DNA of 63,971 nucleotides, filler included, from Ionaspis alba (lineage: Eukaryota): NCBI GenBank assembly GCA_964255285.1. It is 3 parts of 3 records of this genome, joined end to end, with 100 filler letters (N's around TTAATTAATTAA, not from the genome) between each part and the next. Parts side by side here need not be neighbours in the genome. Positions count along the whole stretch, not along the records: positions 1 to 22,055 come from CAXUUL010000216.1; positions 22,156 to 44,157 come from CAXUUL010000217.1; 1 more part is not named here. One strand, 5' to 3'. The stretch's first letter is position 1, and each line of letters begins with the position of its first letter. A model generated the notes under the pieces. It did no database searches and was not told where the DNA came from. It worked only from the letters and a program-made list of their open reading frames with translations. The position numbers were made by a program, and so were the translations under genes. Below are positions 14,686-27,966 of the stretch, one piece after another.

Positions 14686-16525
14686 TTCACCAGTTATTGT
14701 ATTGAAGAAGTCTTGCTTATGTCGAACCGTGGGTTGTCCCCAACAACAGACGTTTGATTTCTCGGCGTTTCAGTCGAGGCAGAACCAAACTGCTGGATCG
14801 CTCGTGCTGTTTGGCACATGAAGCGATGTATCCCCAGTGTTTATTGCGAGCTTCAAAGGTAGCACGATACTGGGACGAATTACCAGTTCCAAAGGCGTTG
14901 TAGGGAGGCCCTAGCAAAGAAGCTCGCGGAGCAGGATCGCAATCGCAGAACTAATGGTCGGGCTCAATGCAGTAGGGACCTGGACTGCGAGGCATCAGGA
15001 GGTACTGCTCGAGTCAGCAATAGCTTTTCCTGACTGAGAACATGTCGAGGGATCGTCGTCAGTCTGCCAGCACAGCGTGGGCCAAGACGTTCCCGAGTCC
15101 GGGGTAATTAATTCGTGGGCAAGCTGAGACAGGTGGACTGCTCCAGCGTAGAACTTGTGGACAGTGGCCCGGTGAATAAGGATTTGAAAAATGATCCTCC
15201 CTAGCTGATACAGACTAGGTGATGAGCGAGGAACAATTATAACTGAGTTTGCGTCGTAGGCCACAAAGAGAGAATCGATGTTCTTTGGGCGCAGGATGAA
15301 AGGGCAAAATCACCGCCTGCATCTGGGTAAGACACAGCCCGTGATTGGGCTCTGCGAACCCAGCGCCCAAGATACCAAGAGGATCGGGTAGCGGCTTCCA
15401 CATCTTCATTGTTTGATCGCATCATTATCACGGTTATCCATGTGCTGCACTTTCAACGATGATTCCATTAATCTCCTATGACTCGATCTGCGGCCTGGAA
15501 TATTATGAGAGACGTAAGCTATTGCTGAGCAACTGGTTGTGCCGTCCAGAAACCTTTCCAATGGTTTGGCACCTACGTTGGAAAGATTGGGGCATGTTGC
15601 CTCAGTCACAACTATGCAGGTATCTCGTTCACCGTGAAACGATTGGGAACGATTACTCCATGGTCTTGGTCCTAGAGACATGGGCATCCAGCCTCCAATT
15701 TTGCAGAGGTCAGGCAAAGTAGGAATACTGACTGGGACTCAGTAATGCTGCAGGTTAGCACCACGAGCAGGCTTCCATAGGCTACTGAGCAAATTTGTCG
15801 AACCATTGATAGACTCAAATTATAGGACCAAAGACGAACAGATAGTATCTACATGTAGAGATGATTCTCCCGGGTCGTGTTTTGTAGGGAGAAGACCCGT
15901 CTGAATAGAACGTCCCCTCCATACCGTCCATACACATGAGGAGACACTTCGAAAGCTGGTATGCTGCACCCCGTGTATGATCTACAGAATCCGGGTCGAT
16001 ATCTGGGCGATCCGCAGCTATGCAAAACGATAGAAGGTATTCACTAATAACTCGAATTGTNNNNNNNNNNNNNNNNNNNNNNNNNNNNNNNNNNNNNNNN
16101 NNNNNNNNNNNNNNNNNNNNNNNNNNNNNNNNNNNNNNNNNNNNNNNNNNNNNNNNNNNNGCGCGCTAGGATCCTGCTAGGCTACCCCTGGCACTGACGT
16201 ATAGAATCAGTGAGTCGGAACTTAAGAGCATCAAATAATCCGTAGGCAGGAATGTGATATCCAACAGTTCAAACCGCATTACATCCTGAATATACAGCAG
16301 ACTCATCGAGTATTCTGGCATGGGGGTTGGATGGGGAGTTGGAGTCCACACACCCTAATCGTCGATATGCAACACGTCCTGGTGATAATCTATATACCCT
16401 AAAGTCCAGAATTGCCAAATAGCTTCGTCACGCCGCTTACAGTCCAGTCTGTGCCCGGTTGAGATTTTCTGATTCTGGAGGCATATAGACTGCTATGCTA
16501 GAGTCAAAGAACTGGATGCGACACC

Positions 16526-19500
16526 ATGCAGGTTCTAGCGCAGGTTCCCGACCCTTCGAAGGGTGTCACTGAGACCAATGCGGATGAACCACCGACGGCG
16601 CCTGAGAAAGAGTCAAACGATCAAGCAAGTGAGGATGAAGCAAGTCGTATCAAAGCGTTTGCCGCCGATATCCGCGATCAAGATGAACTTGAGCGCAATA
16701 TTGGCTTTCAGGTATGAGAGACACATGATATTGAGCACCGAATAAAATGGAGAGCTGATATAATCTCCTCTAAGGCGGACCAGTTACTCACGGAACAAGC
16801 AAACGACCGAGACCAGAAGCGCTTGGAGAAAGCTAAGAGTGACAAAGAGCAAGTCACTCAGACTGTAGATGATGCCTAATTACTGATATCATGTCGTCTC
16901 CAGGAGAATCACAGGTCAAATACACAGGATTGAAAGGCGGCTTGCTCAGCCTACAGGATCTGCAACTGCTGTCCGCTTACGAGCCGAAGCATCGAACTAC
17001 CAAGCTCAGCTCGATGTCCTCAACAATGATGTAAAGGAGATCCAGGAGCGGATCGATGAACGCATGCAAGAGCTGGAGAAACATGGAGAGGCTGATCAGG
17101 CCGGCAATCGACGCATGCCCAATGAGAACCAGCGAGATTTTCTTATTCGGACAGGGAAGATCACCCCCTTTTCGAAAGTGACAGGAGCCTCACTCGCGAG
17201 GTCGGGATCTACGTTACAAGAGGTACTTCTGGAGGCAGAAGAAGATCAGCCGGAGGAAGAGATACTTTTCGAAGAAGATACCGTGCATGGTCCTGTCTCT
17301 CATCGCAATCTCCTACAACCAGGTTTCGTTGATGACCATGCCAGCGAAACAACCTCAGACGCGGCCGAAACCTTGGATCGACCAGCAAAACGAGGACGAC
17401 TTCACAAACGAGCTGAATTGCGCACGGAAGAGATCAATGGTAGTCTCAACACGCCAGAGTCAAGCACACGGGCTCAGAGTGAGACAGATCACTCGGATAC
17501 TTCTGCTTTCACACCTGATATTGCTCAGCTTGAAAGCTCTGCTCCTGAGGAGTCTGGTGATCATGATAGCGGAGTGGAGGACAATGATTTCAAGCTCGAC
17601 ACGCCAGGATCGAAACGGAGACGCGGTAGGTCCAGGAAAAAAAGCGCTCATAAACAGTCTGGACAGGAGGACCTTACGGGGCTCGACGACGGTAACGAGG
17701 CTCTTTATCAAGCGAGATTGAGGAGCTGGGTCGCTAGACGGAGCATTGCAAGGCGGAAAGCAATGAGTAAAAGGCATGGCACTAATGACAAGAACGTTGA
17801 CAGGAATGTTGTCAATAACGACGAGGAGAAGGATAACAATGACCAGGAAGACTACAACGAGGAGGAATGGTATATGCCTCATCCGACCACCGAAGACACC
17901 GAATTTGAGAATGGGTACAGAATACCCGGAGACATCTACCCTTCCCTATTTGACTATCAGAAAACCGGCGTACGCTGGCTCTGGGAACTTTACTCTCAGC
18001 AAGTTGGAGGCATTATCGGAGACGAAATGGGTCTTGGTAAAACAATCCAAGCGATTGCTTTCCTCGCAGGTCTCCACTATAGCAAGAAGATTACGAAGCC
18101 TGTTATCGTCGTCGCACCTGCAACGGTCATGAAACAATGGGTGAATGAGTTTCACACGTGGTGGCCGCCATTCCGAGTATCGATCTTGCACACGTCTGGT
18201 AGTGGCATGATTGACGTTGGTCGAGAAGCAAGGCGAGAGGAGGAAATGTCTGCCCAGATATATGACGCTTCAAGACGAAAACCTCTTTCCAAAGCACAAA
18301 AAGCAGCCAAGAAGATTGTGGATCGAGTGGTTAGTGAAGGCCACGTTCTTGTCACGACTTACTCGGGCCTACAAACGTACGCAGAACTATTGATACCTGT
18401 GGATTGGGAGTATGCGGTCCTCGACGAGGGACACAAAATCCGTAACCCGAATACGGCCATCACGATATACTGCAAGGAACTGCGAACTGCCAATCGTATA
18501 ATCTTGTCAGGCACACCAATGCAAAACAATCTTGTCGAGCTCTGGTCACTGTTTGACTTTGTGTTTCCCATGCGACTAGGGACTCTTGTCAACTTCCGTC
18601 AACAGTTCGAGTTTCCTATCCGGCAAGGTGGTTACGCCAATGCCTCGAATCTGCAGGTCCAGACCGCTAGCAGATGCGCCGAAACTTTGAAGGATACAAT
18701 CTCGCCATATCTCCTACAGCGCATCAAGGTCGATGTGGCGGCTGATCTTCCGAAGAAGACCGAGCAAGTCCTGTTTTGTAAGCTCACACGTCCGCAACGA
18801 CAAGCATACGAGGAGTTCCTTGCCGGCGATGATATGAAGTCTATCTTTAACGGAAAGAGACAGGTCCTCTACGGAGTGGATATACTGCGGAAGATATGCA
18901 ACCATCCCGATCTCGTGGAACACAGAACGTTGTCTGTGAAACCAGGCTATAATTATGGCAGTGGTGTCAAATCCGGTAAGATGGTCATCGTCAGGGAACT
19001 ACTTGATGTATGGAAAAAAGGGGGCCACAAAACGTTACTGTTCGCTCAACATCGAATCATGCTGGACATCCTTGAGAAGTATATCAAATCGATGGACGGA
19101 ATCAATTATCGACGCATGGATGGCAACACTCCTATCCCAAATCGACAGATCATGGTCGATGAATTTAATAACAATCCCGAGGCTCATGTCTTCCTCCTGA
19201 CAACGAAGGTCGGCGGACTTGGTATCAACCTTACTGGTGCAGACCGAGTAATCATCTTCGACCCAGACTGGAATCCCTCCACGGATATACAGGCACGAGA
19301 GCGAGCGTGGCGCCTTGGTCAGAAACGAGAAGTACAGATCTATCGTCTGATGAGCGCCGGGACCATCGAAGAGAAGATCTTCCACCGGCAAATCTTCAAG
19401 CAATTCCTTACGAATAAGATCTTGAGAGATCCCAAACAACGTCAGACGTTTCAGATGAAAGACTTGCATGACCTGTTCACGCTTGGTGGAGCTGATGAAG

Positions 19501-20345
19501 TAGCGACGGAAACTGGTCGCATATTCAAAGGTACCGAAGTCCGGTTTGATGAGGAGAAACCGCAGCTGCCTACTACGTCGAACGGAGATTCTATACGGTG
19601 GGGTGGTGAGACTCCACCGCAAGCAGCAAATGATGACTCTGACGTCCGAGATTTGATGGGTGTTGCCTCTATCGAACTGTTACCTGATGAAGAAGAGCAG
19701 CAGACAGCTAAAGCCTCTGGGGAAGGCACCAACTCCGAGGCCCGTATCATGGAAGGTATTTTTGCTCGGTCTGGAGTCCATTCAGCTCTTGAACATGATC
19801 AAATCATCAATGGCAAGAAGGTCATAGTAGCAGATCACAAGATCATCGAACGAGAAGCAAAGAAAGTGGCAGCCGAAGCTGCAAACGAGCTTCGAAAGGC
19901 GGAGGAAGTGGCAAGAACAGTCCCTGTTGGAACGCCAACCTGGACCGGTCAGTTTGGTACAGCCGGTCGACCGTCCCAGCCTTCGAGTTCTCGTGCTATA
20001 GGTCGAGGAGCAGGCAGAGGCGGGCCGTCTTCCTCGAGCATCTTGGCTGGTTTGCAGAATCGGCAAGCTACGAATGGTGCACAGTCAAACGGACTTCCTA
20101 TCAGAGGCTCCACACCAAGCCATCATCGGGGGACAGACTTCATGAAGCTAATACGAGATTACCTGCTAGCTCATGGGGGCAAGGTGTACACGCAGATGCT
20201 GATTGACCATTTCAACCGCCATTGCAACACTCCGGCGAAGACTGCGGAATTTAAAGCAATGTTGAAGGAGATCGCTGTCTTGGAGAAGGGTTCTCGAGGA
20301 CGAGGAGCGTGGATCTTGAAGGATGAATATGGGACGAATCCATGA
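16526..20345 (+). CDS. RAD26: Snf2-family transcription-coupled repair ATPase Rad26/Rhp26 (CSB/ERCC6)
   Basis: GIIGDEMGLGKT, DEGHKIRNP, QARERAWRLGQ, C-terminal winged helix. Exons 16526-16711, 16775-16848, 16904-20345; the second intron is GC-AG. Confidence 0.95.
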
Positions 20346-21032
20346 TATGAAATGGTTTTGGCATTGGCTATAGAAAACGAGCATAACATGAAACAGTTTA
20401 TGGAGTTATTCCGATGGAGTCACTGCACCTGTCTCAGACCTGCAATGCGCCGCCGAGGAACGAATTGCCAGAAATCTGAATTATAGAACAATTGACCACA
20501 CGTAGAAATTATTATAAGATATGACCACCTGTGTATCAGTCTCCTTTACTACAGTATCTTGTCCATACACTTTGTTGAGCGTGTCCTTGGCCAGAATGGA
20601 TGATGATGGCCGTAAAGGGACTCTCGGTGGCGAGCCAACCCAAAAATAGCGACGCTTAGACAAATGCCGACGACCCCCTGTTGACAAAATGCTTCATGCT
20701 AAACAATTCGAACTTTCCGCACAGCCAAGCAGGGTGGTCGTCGTCGTCGTTGTCCATCGTTAATCTCTACCAATCCTCACCATACTCACCTTGGGACGTC
20801 ACTCGCTCAGGTCCCAATTCAATCTCTACTCTAACATAGACAATCGCTACAATCATCGCCACAAGAGTTCTCGACCGGCTCCAACGCCTTTGGTCCCAAA
20901 TACGAAAGCCAGGCACAACTTGACACAGGGTCCAGCAGCGAGAGCCGTTCTTCCTCGTTGCGCAGCACATATCATAGATGAACTTGATGAACATTTGATT
21001 CTCTATTTCACGGCCTATTTAGCGCTCTCAAG

Positions 21033-22052
21033 ATGCGTCCTTCTCAACTCCTCGTCTCGATCTTCTTCTACATATCCCTCACACATGCCTGGCCATGGCC
21101 ACCATCAATACGCGAAATCGAGGGCTTGATTTTACGGCGGCAGAATAACAGTCCATCATGTATGTCGTCAAATATGACCAATGCATCATCTCACCACTGA
21201 TAATTCATACCCAGCGTCCGCAGCATCCTCCTCATCGAATTCCGCCTCACAAACCGACTCCCAAAACAACAACTCTCCCACTCCCACAGCTACAGCAACC
21301 GACGCCTTGGCGACAGACACATCGAGCATCACCGGCTCCTCTCAGCCCACTGACTCCTCCAGCGCAACAACCGGAGATTCTCAAAACACCGCCAGCAAAA
21401 CCGCCTCCGCGACCGGAAAACAATCCGGCAGCACCCACACAACTGGCAAGCCGACGGTAACAGCAGTGGACCCGCGTCTACCAGCCGGTGGCATCCAAAT
21501 GATGAGTCCCGCGGCAACAGACCCAGCCACGTACTACAAAGTTGGAGACCAGGTAACCTTCGGCTGGAACTACACCTCGCTAGTGGTGAGTCCCACAGCG
21601 GTGGACATTCTGGTCAAGTGCAGTGCCAACAGTGCGACCTACACACTGTCGAGCAATTCCAGCGTCAAGGAAACCGGGTCCGTGGTTTGGGACACGGCGC
21701 TGGATCGGAATGGCCAGGATCCGCTGCTCACGGCTAAGTATACGCTGGTCATTCATGATTCCGACCAGGATGTTACGGCTGTGCCATCCGCGGGCCATTT
21801 AGGGGCGTACAGCCAGTTTACGTTTGGGATGTACCTGAAGCAGGAGTATACGCCGTTGGGAGGTGGGTTCATGATTCCAGTCTGCTGGATATTGTGCAAC
21901 AGTACTGATGGAGTGTTTCAGATTTCGTGTGTGCGACGTGCAGCGGTGCGCTATCGGATATGGAGCGCCAAACATTCAAGTTCCTCTTTGCTATGGGCAT
22001 GATCACGGTGCTTTCTTTCACCTGGTTTGCAGGCGGCTTCGGGATCTTCTAG
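21033..22052 (+). CDS. Fungal secreted/membrane protein: signal peptide, Ser/Thr-rich stalk, beta-rich domain, C-terminal TM helix
   Basis: MRPSQLLVSIFFYISLTHAWPWP; introns 21160-21214 and 21863-21921; YYKVGDQVTFGWNYTSL; last exon FVCATCSGALSDMERQTFKFLFAMGMITVLSFTWF. Confidence 0.85.
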
Positions 22053-22055
22053 AAG

Positions 22056-22155
22056 NNNNNNNNNNNNNNNNNNNNNNNNNNNNNNNNNNNNNNNNNNNNT
22101 TAATTAATTAANNNNNNNNNNNNNNNNNNNNNNNNNNNNNNNNNNNNNNNNNNNN
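22056..22155. other. Artificial contig-join linker (N-TTAATTAATTAA-N)
   Basis: Six-frame-stop 12-mer embedded in N runs; base composition changes abruptly across it. Confidence 0.95.
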
Positions 22156-22639
22156 ACTAAGCAATTATTAAAATTATTTAAAAAAATTGAAAAACTTGTT
22201 TTTGATAAATTGAAAAATTAATTAAACGTCTATCACTAAATTAATTATTTTTAGAAAGCTGGAAAAAAAATTAAAAATATAAATTTAAAAAATTGGGCAA
22301 CAACCTTTTATAATAAATAATTAGAAAAAATTCTATAATTAATTAACTATTTTTTAAACAACGGGTAACCAAAAATTCGATAAATTAATTAATTAAATCA
22401 ATTATTTTTAAATAATTAACTGTAGATAACCAAATTTTAATAAAAAACTTAGCCAATAATATTAAATAGTAATTAAAAATAAGTTGTATTTCGGGTAATA
22501 ATTTCGAATCACGCTTATCCGGGCTTATAACCTATAAAAAATAAAAAGGTAAAACTTAATAAACTATAAAAAGACTAGCTGGATACTATATACACCGGGG
22601 GCTGGTATCCCCAGCCCCCTAATACCCTGAACTTTGACA
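22156..22639. mobile_element. AT-rich, RIP-like degenerate transposon end, probably an LTR terminus
   Basis: Very AT- and TpA-rich compared with the roughly 50% GC elsewhere; ends sharply at ...TTTGACA (TGTCA on the minus strand, LTR-like TG...CA terminus); lies at a contig end. Confidence 0.6.
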
Positions 22640-23766
22640 TATCTCCCATTACTCAAAGGCATCCAAGAACACCTTGGCTCTTACAATATGACTCTCTTTT
22701 TTCCTTCTCCAAGATAAAAGACTTGGGTCAGTATCTGGATCCATTTGAGTCTACAAGGCATGCTTTCGAGAATTGGCTTCTATCGGCAACTCAAGATGAA
22801 GTGGCGAGGTATGTAAAGCGACTTGGACCGGCTTCAATGATATTTCGCATCGCGCATCAGGACACTCTGGGCCTGATGCAGTTTATGCGCCTTGCTCTTG
22901 CTGAGATCAATCGAGCGTCTACTGACAGCTTGCTGCAAGAAAGAGCACTGCACTGGCGTTATCGACTCGACCAATTTCGGGCGCAGCTTGTGGAGCTTGA
23001 AGAATCATTCAACCAATTTGCAACCTTTGTAGACTCACGCTCAGGACTCCAAGCCGCTCAGACCGTTTTTGGACTAGAAGACGAGCCCGTTGAATACTTG
23101 CGAGCTGACGCCCTCCGTCAGATCTCATCACTTTACCGAAATCTAGAGCAGGCATATACATCTTTGACCTCCAAAGTACAAATCAGTGACAGTCATCGAA
23201 GTATTGCGGAGGCCAAAACGGTAACTAGATTGACCGAGCTTGCCTTCCTGTTTATACCACTCTCATTCGCTACCAGCATTTTTGGTATGCAGATTGTAGA
23301 CGGATCCACGCCTGTCTCGACATACATAAGTGTGGCGATAGCTCTTACAGCATTGGCATATATTCTCAGACTATTTATCCACAGGACCACCAGCTACAGG
23401 ATGGCGAAGGTAACAACAGTTAAGAACAGCATTAGGTCTTTCGCAAGACTCCGACCGGGATCGCGTATTTCAACAGTCCTAGCGATCAAATGGTTACTTC
23501 ATAAAATCCGGAAACAATTTAATCGACCTTACGGCCATTTCGTTTTGTCATTGGTCTCTTTACTCGTATTAGCAATACCACTTTCAGTTCTATGGACAAG
23601 GCCCCTCGATTCAGGGATTAAGATCACCGTTTCTTGCCTGCTGTTACTTATACCTATTGGAATTCTCGGCTATCCATTTTTGTCAGAGTTGACTCTTAAT
23701 TCGCAGAGAGTGAGACTTGCCGGCTCCGTAGCTTCCACACACGTGGATAGTCTTTCAGTAGAATAG
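22640..23766 (+). CDS. CorA/Mg2+-transporter-like membrane protein, 5' part missing
   Basis: SIAEAKTVTRLTELAFLFIPLSFATSIFGMQ (GMN-like motif) followed by TM helices; the frame stays open upstream to the repeat junction with no ATG there. Confidence 0.7.
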
Positions 23767-24051
23767 GTTCTGCCAGCCTCGCTTGAATCCACGCATACGG
23801 CAGCCACCTCAATCACTTACATGTTGACTCACCCGGATTCGCACGCAGCCCACTGGTTTTGGAATAAAGGTTTTGTACTGTACGAGAGGCTTTTTCACTC
23901 TTGCTTAGCAGGCCAGCGTCGTGGATCGATTGAGACAAGTCACATTTGGTTGACACCAGCAGTATTATGAGTTCATTAGTGTTGTCCGGCACCGCCTTCT
24001 CCCTGCTTCTAGCATCGATAGATTAGTAGAATAGGAGAAGGAGGAATGCGC

Positions 24052-25029
24052 TTAATCGTCTGCCAGGCCCTCTAGTAATCGCATACTAAGAATCATAACC
24101 ACGAGGCCTACAAATGGTAACACAAGCGTGCCAAATGCTGCCCATCCGAGCCCTACTGCTGCTGCTCCAACATCGCTCTTCACATAGCCATATCCCATAT
24201 TTTCGGCTGTAGTAGCTGCTGCCACAGCAGCTGTATGCTGCCATAACGACGAGATCAATGCGAGGAACGTGGCTATGGCACTAAGTCCACAAGCCGTCTG
24301 GCTTGCCGCCCGGCTTGGAAATGGCTTTACGTCCCTTTCTGAGCCACGTTCGTCTATCTCCACACGCCAGCCCGGAAAACTTGCCAGAAGACAGATCACA
24401 ATAAAGCCAAAGGCAAGAGCCATGAATCTGTCGAGCTGTCAACATCAATCTTTGAGACGAAGAGTAGTATACAATGGAGGCGTTCGAATTCAGGAGACCC
24501 AGATGTGAAAGAGAAGCACCCTACATTAAGCCTGAAAATATAATATTGTCTCTAAACAGCGAAGCTATAGAGATGAGATTCAACGGATCCTGCGTTGTAT
24601 TGAGATCTTTTGATAGTGCAGCGGCGTCTCTGCTGCAAGTCCATTTGGCACCTGCAGAAGAGCTGACACATAAACCGAAATACCCAGCTCGAACAGTGAT
24701 CTGTGCGTCCTTGACCAAGGGGACGAATATGGAAGTGAGGTTCTTGTTGATACCAATGCTGCCCGCTGTTTTAGAATCTTGGTATGACAGAGACATCAGG
24801 TAGATATTGGGTATTCCTGGAGTGTCGGAAGAGCATCCTACAAGGATAAGAGAGTAGAAAATGATGGAAGATGCAAGGATGGCTATCAAGATGTGGGGGT
24901 AACTAATATCTGCAGAGTATCAATATGATCCCTAATTCCAGAGATGATCTTCATACATCGAAAATACCTCCGAAATACAGTGAATAGTCTCCTATCAACA
25001 ATAGTCGACAAGGAAGCAGTCGACACCAT
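24052..25029 (-). CDS. Fig1-family Ca2+ influx/membrane fusion protein (fungal claudin-like)
   Basis: ATG at 25029; introns 24956-24910 and 24524-24428; VRAGYFGLC claudin-like motif; DPLNLISIA; FPGWRVEID...VKPFPSR; LWQHTAAVA. Confidence 0.85.
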
Positions 25030-25286
25030 TCTCGATTCTATCTTCTACCAAATCACTGGTAAATTGACGATGACCTGATTATCGCATGCGGGGAAGACCA
25101 TGGTCAATATGCCATACTCACGTCCATATTCCGCCCCCAACAGATTAGTCTAGGGCTCGGCTTCTTAAGGCTAACTTGGAGACTCCGAGGATATGCCGAG
25201 AGATTCCGTGCAAAATGCTTCAAACTTAAGGACAAAAGTAGCTCTCAGGGCATGTGCAATTCGACGACCAGTTTTCAATTTCCAAA

Positions 25287-26033
25287 ATGTTGGGCAAACG
25301 AAAGCGGAACACGTCGATGGTGCCTGCTTTGAAGGAAAAGAAGAATCTCACGGCTATCGAAGAGATCTCGTTCGATATTGACGCCCGAGAGGATTACCTG
25401 ACCGGCTTCCACAAGCGGAAATTGCAGCGCATCAAGCACGCGCAAGAGGAAGCTGCGAAGAAGGCCAAGGAGGACAAGATCGCAGCTCGCAAAGCTGTGA
25501 GTGTTCTATGGGATATCTTTACGGATCTAGCTGATATAGATCTTTAGCTACGGGATGCGCGCAAAGCGGATCTAGAGAAACATGTTGAGGAAGTGAATTC
25601 TATGCTGAGGAAGTCTGAGGATGGGCCTACCTTATCGGAGAGCGATAAGTCCGAAGCTGAGGGAGGAAAGTGGGAAGGCATCACAGAGGCCGTGAAAGTC
25701 GACTACGAGGAAGACTACATGGATGAAGACTGGCATACGACTGTTACAGTTGAAGCCGTGGACGTGACCAAGGACGGTCTACACAAGACTGTTCAGGACA
25801 ACGGAGAGGATAGCACAGACGAGGGCAAAACTGATCCTGTGACCGAAGATAAAGCCATTGATATGGTTGCTAATGCCGAGGCCAAAACGAAGCGGGTGTG
25901 GACAAAGGAACGGCCCAGTGGTCCAAAGAAGAAAAAGAAGAAATTCAAGTATGAAAGTAAAGCCGAGAGGAAAGTGACAAGATACAAGGAGAGGTCGGGC
26001 AATAGGGCGAAAGCCAAAGCTCGGAAGGAATGA
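25287..26033 (+). CDS. RRP17: Nucleolar rRNA-processing protein Rrp17 (Nop25/NOL12 family)
   Basis: FDIDAREDYLTGFHKRKLQR and KKKKFKYESKAER; intron 25497-25547. Confidence 0.92.
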
Positions 26034-26268
26034 TATTCAGCAGTTCCAGCACCTTTCGTCACTCGCAATATGCCCCGGTAGAACCAGTCTTAAAACTTGC
26101 ATGCTGGCTATGTCCCACTCTGTCATCGCTATCACTGCCGAAGAAGGCTTCATCTAGAAAAAGCAACGCTGGTACCATTCCCGTGAACTGCGGTTTGGGC
26201 ACTCGCCGGCACCACAAGTTTAATCCCAGAAAAGCCCACCGCACCCCAGGCCGTGTTGGCCGAGGCAT

Positions 26269-26945
26269 CTACAAGCCTTCGATCTCGCGTCGGAAGTCCT
26301 CCAAAGCCTTGTTGGCCTCCGAGTACTTCTTAGACATCTCCTCGTACTTAGTCTCCCACTGGTCACGAGCGCTCTCGAGAGCTTGAACTTTGCGCTCGTA
26401 GTGACCGGCTTTGATGTCGGTCTGGCGTAGTCTGTGAGGGCCACGAGTCAGCAAGTCTTCCAAGGGAATGGGACGATTAGCGCCGAGAACACACTTCTCG
26501 TTAGTTTCCCTCAAATTCTTGTCTGCCTCCTCAGCCTCATCTTCCAGTAATTGCATTCTCCTCTGCAGGGCCTCATTTGTCTTGCCCTGACTGGCACTCT
26601 CAACCGCTGCGGTCTTGTAATCCTTGATACCACCCTCTAACTTCTCTACCTCCGCCTCTAGCAGCTGGTTTCGGTGTGAGAGTGATGTGATTTCCTGTGC
26701 TTTGGCCAGGTTCTCCTGTTCGAGTGTTTTGACTTTGGCGGTGAGCTCTTCGACTTTGGCTTGTGATGCATCAACCTCAACACGCATGGTGCTGAGTTTC
26801 TAGACACTGTTAGAACGATGCTGCAGATTGAAGCAACCTCGGGCAAGAGGAGATCCCGAAAGTCGTTGCAAGGCTTCTCTGACGATCTATCAAGTATCTC
26901 ACTAATTGTTCCACTCACCTGCTTTATGCTATCTAAGGCAGACAT
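26269..26945 (-). CDS. Tropomyosin
   Basis: Exons 26945-26919, 26799-26495, 26431-26269; continuous coiled coil VKTLEQENLAKAQEITSL...LRETNEKLRQTDIKAGHYERKV. Confidence 0.93.
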
Positions 26946-27966
26946 GGCGGCGGTTCTTTGGCTTGATGTTTGCGGTTTACTATGCAGTTCCCTGGAAAGA
27001 ATATGGTCGTTGAGTATTTAGTTGGGGTTTTAGGAAGAGATTTGGCTGAAGTGTCAAGTTGGTGGGGCAGGACAATTGTTGTTGTAGTGGTGGGTGTTGT
27101 TGCTACGCAAGCAGCTTATTTTGTTTGGCCGCGGTTTCATTGACAGGGATGCAAAGTGCTTAGGGAGAGTCCACTCTCACAGTCTAAATTCTGCCTATCA
27201 CGGCTATATTATATCAAAGGTCTCACGATTCTTTGTTTGCGACCGTCAAACTTGCATTTGAGCCTGTTCCTCTTAGGAACACTCTACTGGTCGTCTACTA
27301 AGTCTACATCGACCGCCTCCGTTGAGGCTGTGATACATCTTAGGTGGGGATCTGTTTCTTCCTCGCTGACGCCGCCAGACGCGCCTTCTTCACCTTCTCC
27401 ACTCGGTTTTCCCTTCTCATTTATTCCGTAGACTTTGTCCAGGGCTGTATTTTCTACCGTCTGTTAGTTCTCCACTGCAAAGACGATAGTGCACATGACA
27501 CGCATAATCAATGATTTTGTGCCTGGTCTCGCTTCCGCCACACGGTAGCACCGTCAGCCGCCAGTGCCGGTCTGTCTGCTCTTCCTTTTCCTTCGCGCCG
27601 CTGCCTTTGGCGACAGGGACGGTTTAACCTGTTTCTGGCTTGACGAGGTCGATCTTTGGAGGATGGCAATTCTGCACACTGACCAATTGTTGAGGCTGTT
27701 GGTCTGGCCAAGTGGAAAGCGGCTTTCGCCTCTGCTTGGATGAAGAGAAGTAGCTTGAAACGATTTTCCGCATTCAGCGTGATTCTGCCCAATGGCTCTT
27801 CAGGAGAGGTATCTGGCCGTGAAGGAGCACGTTGTGAGCGTATGCATCATCCATAGCAAGGGATTGTTTTTCATCCACGTCTATTGCTCCGGGGCACGCC
27901 GGGAAGATCTATCTCTACGTCTCCTAAATGCAAGGACGTTTATTCCACCTTTTATATAACTTGGAC

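Noticed and set aside
16061..16160. 100-N gaps here and at 56929-57028
   Set aside because: Scaffolding gaps with no sequence information.
22100..22111. TTAATTAATTAA palindrome, also at 44202-44213
   Set aside because: Synthetic contig linker within N runs, so no cross-linker gene cluster can be claimed.
27285..27800. Possible small minus-strand gene between tropomyosin and GGT (CTAAC...TAG acceptor followed by an acidic ORF)
   Set aside because: No convincing ATG or donor, and no recognisable protein.
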